The position numbers and the translations under genes were made by a program. A stretch of DNA of 63,257 nucleotides, the filler included, from Octopus bimaculoides (taxonomy: Eukaryota), in the NCBI RefSeq assembly GCF_001194135.2. It is 7 parts of 7 records of this genome, joined end to end, with 100 filler letters (N's around TTAATTAATTAA, not from the genome) between each part and the next. Parts side by side here need not be neighbours in the genome. Positions count along the whole stretch, not along the records: positions 6,684 to 15,678 come from NC_068990.1; positions 15,779 to 31,489 come from NC_069000.1; 5 more parts are not named here. One strand, written 5' to 3'. The notes under the pieces are model-generated. The model saw only the letters and a program-made list of their open reading frames with translations. It ran no database searches and had not been told where the DNA came from. Positions 14,073 to 24,100 of this stretch are shown here, in pieces. Every line of letters starts with the position of its first letter. The first letter of the stretch is position 1.

Positions 14073-14967
14073 TATGTCTATACACACACACACACACACA
14101 CATATGTGCATATATATGTGTTCTTGTGTGTGTAGGTAGGTATGAATATATTTCTATATCTTCTTTATGCCATTGCAAGCAATATATTGCTTGATAATAA
14201 AAAAAATATACCTACTCTTTTATTTATATTAAATGGAAATTTTGTAACTTGCGGATAACTAACTGATAATATATGTATGTATGTTTGTATGTATGTTTGT
14301 ATGTATGCATGTATATCGCTTCTGTATTTAATTATTTAAAATCTTCTTATAAGGAAGTAGATTGTTTCTAATAAAGATACGAAGCCTCATCAGTGAAAAG
14401 TAGATAACAAAAAAACAGTGTCACATTTTGAACTTGAGAAAAGTCTTTTATGGTTTTACTGTCTGCTTACAGATTGTATTTGTGATGTGTGAGTTAGTTA
14501 ATTGATTTCTCTTTCTGAAAAACACTAGCTTTTCCAGATTGTCAGTTGGGCATTTACTAATAAAACCAAGAGTACCGATTATTATTGATATTTATGTGAA
14601 CTTATTATAATCTGGGTAAAGAAGCTAAAGTTTTTGAAGTAGTTGTCTGTAGTCATCCTCTATCTCTTTAATTTTCAGAAAGATATTCACATTATCAGGG
14701 CAGCTGACCTCTATGATGGTACATACATTTACTTCTCTGTCCCAAACAGCAATATTTGAACTGTTATGTTTGCAATAGGTACAAGTCTTGATGGGAATCT
14801 TCCATCAATATTCCTTATGTTTATATTTATATATGTATTCAGTTGGAAAGGGATTCTTTGTGGTGTTCTACTTTAATTTAGCAATGCACCATGCCCTGCT
14901 CAGAATATTCACAACATATAACTATCTATCTATCAAGACAGACAGACAGAGATAGATAGATAGATAA

Positions 14968-15022
<55 letters not shown>

Positions 15023-15540
15023 TAACTAAATGGAATTATTCACTACTTCTGCAGCAATATCATATCTGGCCTTAAAAGCATCGACAGAATTAAAGAATCC
15101 AAGAAAATCTTAATATTGAATCTTTTTTTAGTGCCTTATCAATTACAGAGTCACAATAGACATTGAGTTTTATTGTATTTTTAATTACTGCTTTTTTCTT
15201 CATTAGATATATTCAACATATTTCTGTCATGCATCTATGCATACTAATGCATTTCTGCTGGACATGTCCATGCTTTAATTCTAATTCATTGAAACATGAA
15301 TATTATTGTGTATTGATTACTATGATAAAGATGATGGTGGTGTTGATGTTACAGAAGGAGGAGGAAGAAGGTAACAGAGATTTGGGTGACAATAGATCAT
15401 TCTGATGACTGAGGTGGTGGTAATGGTGGTGATGATGGTGTTGTGATGGGGATGGTGGCAGCTTTTTTGTGTGTGTGGAGAGAGAGAGAGGGGGGGGTAC
15501 CACAACTGATAATGAAAATAGGGGTTGTGCAGTTAACAGA

Positions 15541-15678
15541 GATGATGTTGATGGTGATGATGATGACGATGACAATGATGGGAATGATGAGAATGATGGA
15601 AATGATGGTGATGATGATGATGAAGATGATGATGATGATGGTGATGATGAAGATGATGATGATGATGATGATGATGAT
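15541..15678 (+). repeat. (GAT)n-rich microsatellite, representative of many SSRs
   Basis: Other SSRs include (TA)n 2115-2166, (GGT/AGT)n 4085-4450, (ACC)n 31360-31489, (TG)n 47195-47277, (CA)n 56660-56738 and (AG)n. These generate the poly-D, poly-M, CVCV and HTHT ORFs. Confidence 0.95.
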
Positions 15679-15899
15679 NNNNNNNNNNNNNNNNNNNNNN
15701 NNNNNNNNNNNNNNNNNNNNNNTTAATTAATTAANNNNNNNNNNNNNNNNNNNNNNNNNNNNNNNNNNNNNNNNNNNNAAGATCCGCCTTCTTTATTGCC
15801 TCACATAAAATCCACATGTCTAGCAGTGAATATTTTATCATCTTACGCATGAGCAACTTCGCTATCTCTGTGTGGGCAGTCGGGTGTCAGCCATTGTTC

Positions 15900-17210
15900 C
15901 TCAGTTATTGTGTACACCTCAGGATATTGACCTGATAACCATTGAAAAATATACTTTTTTTAGTTGAATGGGTGTTTTGACCTGGAAACAAATACACAGA
16001 CACTGTAAAACAGAAGTTCAGTGAAACTTTTCCAAATACTGTTGTTCCACATCGTGACACTGTGTGAGAGTTGATAAGAAAATTGTGAAACACAGGCTCA
16101 GTGGAAGACACAGCAAGAAGCGGTAGGCCTACTGTTCTTTCAGACGAAACACTCCAATATTTCTGATAAACTGTTGGCAAGCCTGTCAAAGTCTACACAA
16201 ATTGTCACAGGAAATGGAAATCACCCTAGGAAGTGTTCACATGGCAGTAAAAAAGAAATTAAGTTTCTTACCATACAAAGTGTTGGCCATTCACGAATTG
16301 AAGGCTATGGATCATGCTAAAAGGCTTCGTTATTGTCATCATCATCATCATCATCATCGTCGTTTAATGTCCGCTTTCCATGCTAGCATGGGTTGGACGA
16401 TTTGACTGAGGACTGGTGGACCAGGAGGCGACACCAGGCTCCAATCTGATTTGGCAGAGTTTCTACATCTGGATGCCCTTCCTAACGCCAGCCACTCCAG
16501 GAGTGTAGTGGCGTTAGGAAGGGCCAAAAACTTTGTTACCAAAAAAGGCATAGAAGTGCTGGATGGGTGTTTTTACACTGATGTAGCTGGGTTTCATCTG
16601 TCGGGACACATAAATTCATAAAACACAAGGTTATGGAGCAATGAGAATCCACACACGACTCATGAACAACCTCAGTATCCCGCAAAAGTTGGAGTATGGA
16701 TAGTAATTTCGAGAAAGCGTATTGTGGGACCGACTTTTTTGAAGATGCCATCAATACCGAGAGATATTGCTCAAATATTGTGCATCCATTTGTAGGCCAA
16801 CTCACTCAAAGTGAAATTAATAATGCATACTTTCAGCAAGGTAGAGCTACAGCACATACTTCGCACATCACCATGGTGCTACTTCAAGAATTTTACGATG
16901 AACGGATTATTTTGAAGGGACTTTGGCCACCAAGATCACCTGATTTAACACCACCAGATTTTTTTTTTCTGGGGAGCAAGTAAAGGATCAGTGTACAAGA
17001 ATTACCCGAAAGCCATTAATGAGCTAAAAGACACAGTCATAACCTTCATACGGTCCATAACGCGTCAGACTCTCCAAGATGTATTTCAAAACATGTGTAG
17101 AAGAGTCAATGTATTGAAAATGAAGGACGACACTTTCAACATCTCATAAAAAGTTTTTTAAAGTCTTGTAAAGTCTAATATATTCTTTTGTAGTCTTATA
17201 CCATCTTATA
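15900..17210 (+). mobile_element. Decayed Tc1/mariner-superfamily transposase (DUF4817-type HTH + DDE), interrupted by a SINE at about 16338-16524
   Basis: TFLVEWVF..KYTDTVKQKFSETFPNTVVPHRDTV..TGSVEDTARSGRP...FYTDVAGFHLSGHINS*NTRLWSNENPH...YFQQGRATAHTS...LWPPRSPDLTPPDFFF.G..KGSVY...HFQHLI*; many stops and frameshifts. Confidence 0.88.
16338..16524 (-). mobile_element. SINE family C with (ATG)n tail, 5'-truncated, inserted in the transposase
   Basis: catcatcatcgtcgtttaatgtccgctttccatgctagcatgggttggacgatttgactgagg...ggatgcccttcctaacgcca. Same family at about 7020-7260, 18258-18340, 19630-19775, 20075-20245, 23504-23800, 25120-25290, 38290-38560, 42400-42600 and 43250-43420. The tail resembles RTE 3' ends (inference). 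Confidence 0.8.
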
Positions 17211-17226
17211 AATATTTATTTTGCAA

Positions 17227-17702
17227 TAGGCGCAGGAGTGGCTGTGTGGTAAGTAGCTTGCCTACCAACCACATGGTTCCGGGTTCAGTCCCACTGCGTG
17301 GCACATTGGGCAGGTGTCTTCTACTATAGCCTCGGGCCGACCAAAGCCTTGTGAGTGGATTTGGTAGACGGAAACTGAAAGAAGCCCATCGTATATATGT
17401 ATATATATACACATATATACGATGGGCTTCTTTCAGTTTCCGTCTACCAAATATATATATATATATATGTATGTATGTGTATGTTTGTGTGTCTGTGTTT
17501 GTCCCCATAGCATTGCCTGACAACCGATGCTGGTGTGTTTACGTCCCCGTCACTTAGCGGTTAGGGTTAGGGTTAGGGTTAGGGTTTAGAATAAGTACTA
17601 GGCTTACAAAGAATAAGTCCCAGGGTCGATTTGCTCGACTAAAGGTGGTGCTCCAGCATGGTCGCAGTCAAATGACTGAAACAAGTAAAAGAGTAAAAGA
17701 GA
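17227..17702 (+). mobile_element. SINE family A (tRNA head, CORE-like domain, internal TA/TG microsatellite), near full length
   Basis: taggcgcaggagtggctgtgtggtaag...ggttcagtcccactgcgtggcacattgggcagg...gtgtttacgtccccg...ggtcgatttgctcgactaaaggtggtgctccagcatggtcgcagtcaaatgactgaaacaagtaaaagag. Further copies or fragments at about 4455, 10447, 11320, 11935, 12700, 19420, 22600, 34210, 34790, 35755, 37490, 42205, 42670, 47040, 49435, 50025, 55860, 56010 and 57920. Confidence 0.85.
17561..17584 (+). repeat. Interstitial telomeric repeat (TTAGGG)4 inside a SINE
   Basis: Four perfect TTAGGG units replacing cggcaaaagagaccga-like sequence seen in other family A copies. Confidence 0.9.
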
Positions 17703-18222
17703 ATAGACTTTTTAAACACCCTGGATATTGTTTACAGCAGACAACAAATTGTAAGGTTCCAGTTAAAATACTCTGCCAATTTTTCGCTGGCTGAGGAATT
17801 TCATCTTAAAATATAAACTAATTCTGATATGATATATCAACTGGTTTATCAATTTCTTGGCAGAAATGTTATTTTCTTTTTCAATTCCCATTTCAAACCA
17901 AACAGTACCCCTGGGAGAACGCTTGCCGAAAGATATTTATTCTATTTTTGCACCCCCACGTGTATGTAGGTCTATCGACTCCACTCATGTGGTTTATCGT
18001 ATTAATATTACAGGATTATTAGGAGGGGAGAAGTAATTGACCCCACTTGTATTTGAACTTAGAACAATGAAAATTTTCAGTATGCATACGTATATATATA
18101 TATATTTAACAGAAATTGATGATGATGATGATATATATACTGTATATCTGTCACACACAATGTATATATATATATATATATACCATATATTTGTGTGTGT
18201 ATATTATATCATATCTGTATGC

Positions 18223-18259
<37 letters not shown>

Positions 18260-18500
18260 CATCATCATCGTTTAACGTTCGCCTTCCATGCTAGCAAGGG
18301 TTGGACAATTTGACTGAGGACTAGTGAACCAGAAGGCTGCATGTATACACTACTCACATACCTTATATAAACACTGTATATCTATTACATATGTATGGAT
18401 ACACACACACACTATATATCTATCAAATATATATATATATGTATATATCCTCACTGTATATGTATGTATATATGTATATGCATGTATGTATCTGTATATA

Positions 18501-18738
18501 CAGGGTTTGCCAAAAGTCACCCGACAGTAAATCAAAATTCCATAATAAATACCTAATATTCAATTTTATTTATCCATTCCAATTATGAATGTTTAATAAT
18601 TGAATGCTGTGAGTTAAAACCACTGTTTCCTTTTCAACATTTGTCTATTTATTAGCGACGTCTCATATAAAATGTTTTGCTTTAATCTTGGAATTTAATG
18701 GGTTTGATTTACTGTCAGGTGACTTTTGGCCAACCTTG
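18501..18738. mobile_element. Tc1/mariner-type MITE, about 238 bp
   Basis: TIRs cagggtttgccaaaagtcacccgacagtaaatcaaa / tttgatttactgtcaggtgacttttggccaaccttg, sitting in a TA-rich site. Confidence 0.8.
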
Positions 18739-18740
18739 TG

Positions 18741-18771
<31 letters not shown>

Positions 18772-21700
18772 CATGTATGTTGAAATAAGATATTTGAGTG
18801 GTGTGTGGAGGGTAGACCGGCATCAAAATTGAGAAACAGTAATAGAGCGTTAATTTCTGTGGTGGTGTTGGTGGTGGGGGTGATGAAAAGAGTGCTGAGG
18901 GGGGGTCTAGGAAGGATTTTTAAAAGAAAATTATTATTTTTTTTTTCATGTGCAGAATGAGATTAGATTTCATTGGAGGGAAATATCCAGTTTGTTTTTA
19001 ATTTCCTGTGGTAATTAATCTGTTTTTAGGGATTATTACAAATGTATGTCTGTCAGCAGCAACGTCCCAGCTGTGGGAACTAAATTGCTTTGTGGGTCTC
19101 TATTGAGCTTCTTGTTCTTGTTTAACCCCAGGCAGACCCTTTATCAAGTAGGCAGACCCATGATCATCATGTCTTTTCACGAATATTACCTTTATTCCTT
19201 TAAATATTCCATTCAAGGCTGTGGCCATGCTGGGGCACTGCCATTAACAAATATTCCATCTCCTGAAAGGGAATCGATCTGCTGTCTCCTGGGTGACAGG
19301 CAGGGAGACTTCGGTATTTCCTTTATATATTCCAGCACCAGCTGTGGCCATGCTGGAGCACTGTCATTAAAATTATATTCCCCCTCCTGAAGGAGAATCA
19401 AGCCCTGATCTCCCATATGACAGTCCCACTGTGTGGCGCCTTGGTTAAGTGTCTTCTACTCTGGCCCTGGACTGACCAAAGCCTTGTGAGTGGATTTGGT
19501 AGACAGAAACTGAAAGAAGCCTCTCATATGTATGTATGTATGTGTGTGTGTGTGTCTTTGTGTCCCTTGCCATTGTGTGACAACCAGGGTTACATGTGAG
19601 TCGTAAATGAGTGTCACTGTCATACAAGCAGAGTCATTGATTTCCAATATATTCTGCGAGAACCGGTGAGGTTTGGCAACAGGAAGGACATCCAACTGTA
19701 GAAAATCTGCCTCAAATAAACGCCATCTGACCCATGCAAGCATGGAGAAATGGAGGTTAAATGATGAAGATGAAATTTTGAGGGAGGGGGTTAGATAATG
19801 TAAGCGACTCCAATGCTTGACAGTACTTAGTTGATTAGTTGATCCCCCCCCCACCTCCTATAGGATAAAAGGCAAAGTTGACTTTGGCAGGATTTGAACT
19901 CGGAACATAAAGGCGGATGAAATGCTGCTGAGGATTTTGTTTGGTGTGCTAACGATTCTGCCAGCTTGCTGCTTTATCTGCATGTGTATACATATACATA
20001 CATATCTATATACACGCACACACACAAATATATATGTGTGTGTGTGTATATATATATCCAAGCACCCACTACACTCTTTGAGTGGTTGGCGTTAGGAAGG
20101 GCATCCAGCTGTAGAAACTCTGCCAAATCAGATTGGAGCCTGGTGTTGTAGCCATCTGGCTTCACCGGTCCTCAGTCAAATCGTCCAACCCATGCTAGCA
20201 TGGAAAGCGGACGTTAAACGATGATGATGATGATGATGATGATATACACACACACATAAGTGAGTGATGATGAGTCACATATCACCGAAACTTAATCAGA
20301 TAACCTTACCAGGAAGTCTGTAATTCAGTGTCAGCTGCTTCAAACTCTCAGCTTCATCATCCATTGTTGTCTGTTGGCTTTAATCGTTGAAACAATAGCT
20401 TTAACAGACCGCCATCATTCACTTGCCGGGAGTTTTCATACTTGTTCTAAGAATTACTGCAAATTTCAGCTTCATTTTACAGCTGTTTTGAGTTGGTTGA
20501 TTCATCTCTATAACTCACTGCCCACCTGATTGATTGATTGCCCCTTCATTTTTTTAAATATATATATATATATATATATACATATATATCTATATTTCCG
20601 GTGTCTGGCTGTGGACAAATCAATTCTGTTCAACTGTGAACTCATGAGCCAAGTTGGTAATCACGCTTATCTTAAAGCACATCCCACTTCCAAACTAAGT
20701 TTTCTAGTTTACCTATTTTGTGTTCATATTTTATGTGTATGTATGATGTGGTGTGATGGTGTTTTTCTTTTTTTTTTCTCTTTATTGTTTCTGACTAATA
20801 TAAAGCTCAGCCAACAGAAATAAAGAAATGAAAGGAATATAAAATGACAATAAGAAGAAAAGATGGCTGTATTGTTATACATGTTGTTAGTTAACGAAAA
20901 GCTTGCTATTTGTTTGAATACAAAATGGAACAACAGCACAATCTCAATATCTTTGCCTCATGTCTGGCAGTCCTAAATACTGACATGCTTTCAATGCAGT
21001 TCTCCAATGAAATGTTAGACAGTAGGAGAAAGGAAATCGTGAAATACTTTATATAAAGTAAACACATGTGAGAAAAAGAATATTATTTTTGTTGATTTTT
21101 TTTTTCTTTCCCATCTTATGTTACTTAAATGAATAATAGATGGCTTGATTAGGTCAGTGTTTAGTTTAATACAGAATGATATCTTTTGTTTAAATCTGCA
21201 TTTGCCTTTGTCTGAAGTGGCTTTGCAAACTCACTTGCATCTTATGTTACAACAGTTGGTAACTTTTTCTTTAACTTGAAACTTAATCTTTGATTAAAAA
21301 AAAACATATTAGATTGAAACATATAGCATTTGTTATCTGTGTTTTTTTTTTTTTTAGACATTTTAGTGCTGAAGGATATCTTTGGGGAAAAAGACTCTTG
21401 TTTAACGATGGTTTCAAATTTTGGCATGAGGCCAGCAATTTTAGGGGTGAAGGTTAGCTGATACATCAGCCCCAGTGCTCAACTGGTACTTATCTTATTG
21501 ATCTCGTAAGGATGAAAGCAAAGTCAGCCTCAACAGAATTTGAACTTGGAATGTGATGAGCTAGAAGAAATGCTACCAAACATTTTGTTCAGTGAGCTAA
21601 CAATTCTGCCAACTTGTTGCCTGGGTGTAAGGATAAGTGTAGGGGCCTGGGCAGTTGGACACCATAAGGGTAGTGAGAGAGAAGATGAAAGTGACAGAAA

Positions 21701-22299
21701 TACCTGAGGTGGCATGAGCAGAAGTCATTACGGCAGCAATAGAAAAAGCAGAGTGAGGAGACAGCATGTCTGAGGCTGGAATGTATCTGTGAGTGAAATT
21801 TATGCTATGAAGATGAGTGAACCCTGGTTGAGAACCACTGATGTTGAAGATCCTTTGTTGGCTTGTAAATTTACTTATGTTATGGATGATCTTGAGAAAA
21901 TCATGAACAGCAAACAATTTCAGTATCTTACTCTTTTATGTATTTTACAATAAAAAATCAATATTGTGTTATATTTGTACATCAATACTTTCTATAGTTT
22001 TCTTCCCTTTGTCAATAAATCCTCAGTCTTCCCTTTGTCAATAAATCCTCAAGTGTTTTTTGTTACTGACTTCATCTGCACTTCTCTCTTGCCACTTATT
22101 TAGCAGATTTAGCGTAATTAAGTATGAGGTTACAGTTAACATTCATGACAGTCCTTGCTCAGAAAGTCAAGGGAGAGAATTCCAGGATTCAAAATGATTA
22201 GAATTGTTTTGCCTGTGTGATTATGTATCTTAGTTAAAGTGTTTGTGATTGATAGAGAGACTGATGTGATAGTTGAAGACTGTTTCACATTATTAATCA

Positions 22300-22383
<84 letters not shown>

Positions 22384-23328
22384 TTTTGTGGGGAGAGGGC
22401 TTGGAGATTACATTGATCCCAGTGTTTTGACTGGTTCTTATTTCACTGACCCCAGATGAAAGGCAAAGTCGACCTTGGTGGAATTTGAACTCAGGATGTT
22501 ACTGAGCATTTTGTCTGGCATGCTAGTGATTCTGCCGGCTCACTGCCTTAATAATAATATATACATACATACTTGCGCACACACACACACCTACACACAC
22601 ACATGATGAGCTTCTTTCAGTTTCCATCTACGAATGTCTACCAAATCCACACACAAAGCTTCAGTCAGTCTAAAGCTACAAGCAGAAGACACTTGCCCAA
22701 GGTGTCATATAGCAGACAGAACCTAAACCCATGTGGTTGGTAAGTAAACTTACTAACCTCACAGCCACACCTATTTCTATATCGTTATGACTATAATCAT
22801 TTTTATAAATATTTATTCATTTATTCAAAAGAAGTTTCACGATGAATTTTATTCCTTTGTTATTTACACTCCAGTTCTTAAGCAACCAACCCATTCATGC
22901 CCTTCCCACATTGAGAAATAATAACTGTTGAAGTTGTGTTATGTGTTTTAGTGGTAGGTAATCACTGTGTATAAAATGTATTGTGTGTAAGAGATATATG
23001 TCACACTATTACGTGGCAGTAGACTGCATTACTGTTTCAGATGTCATTTATGTAAGAGTGTGTTTTTTGTTTTTTTTAGTTAGGTCTGGCAAAAATTGTC
23101 ATGATTGATTATTATTGTTATTTTCCTTACTCTATGCATGAAGTTTCAGTTGATTAAACATAGACCAGCATTTAATTGTATTCAATTTGTTGAGGTCATT
23201 TCATGAGGTGGCGAGGGTCGATGACTGATAACAGTGGGTAGGGTTAGGGTTAGGGTTATTAACAGACGAACAAGTGTTTCTTACCATACCCATGACTTTT
23301 GCAGAACGATCCTGTGAACGATCTATAC

Positions 23329-24100
23329 CAGTGGTTCTCTTGGCAATTTTTTTGCCTATGGACTCCTTTTATTCCTCTTTTACTTGGATGGACCCTTATA
23401 GCCATTCAATGTTTAACCCTTTAGCATTTAAACCAGTCTAATCCGGTCAAAATATTCTGCTAGTTTTATCTTCAAACTGGCCGGATTTGGCCTTTCACAT
23501 TTACATCATCATCATCATCATCGTTTAACGTCTGCTTTCCATGCTAGCATGGGTTGGACGATTTAACTGAGGACTGGTGGAACCCAAAGGCTACACCAGG
23601 CTCTAATCTGATTTGGCAGAGTTTCTACAGCTGGATGCCCTTCCTAATGCCAACCACTCAGAGAGTGTAGTGGGTGCTTTTACGTGTCACCCACATGAAG
23701 GCCAGTCAGGCGGTACTGGCAATGGCCACGCTCAAAATGGTGTATATTATGTGCCACTCGCACAAGAGCCAGTCCAGGAGCACTGGCAACGATCTCGCTA
23801 TTATTCACGAAATAAACAATCGTGTCATTGAAATTGCAACGTTGCAAGATAATGCATGACTAATTCAGATGAATGTGAATAAGTTAGCATTACATTTGAC
23901 ACAGTAATCTGAATGCTTTAGGGTTAAAAAGATCCTATGATATTTTCATAATCAAATAATTTTTAGGAATTGTATAAAAATAAAGTTGTTAAAATATTTT
24001 GTCTATTGTAGCAGTATAACTGATTTATTGTGCATAATTTTTACCGTCAAAATCTTATTGGACACCCAAGGGCTTTGTGAATTCCAGTTGGGAACCACTG
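23329..24100. mobile_element. hAT (Charlie-like) MITE hosting nested insertions
   Basis: Ends cagtggttctc...gggaaccactg; 8-bp flanks atctatac / atctacat (imperfect TSD of NTCTANAN type). Confidence 0.7.
23417..23923 (+). mobile_element. piggyBac-type MITE (TTAA-CCCTTTAGCATT...AATGCTTTAGGG-TTAA) containing a SINE C
   Basis: TTAA at 23413-16 and 23924-27; body homologous to the 36.9-44.0 kb copies. Confidence 0.8.

Noticed and set aside
14350-14400. CTGATGA...GAAA motifs at about 14.38 kb (-), 25.8 kb (+) and 51.4 kb (+)
   Set aside because: Stems I and II or the NUH site cannot be formed, so these were not called as hammerheads.
15443-15730. Poly-Met and poly-Asp ORFs, and the many CVCV, HTHT and YIYI ORFs
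   Set aside because: Translations of (GAT)n, (TG)n, (CA)n and (TA)n microsatellites with no coding features.
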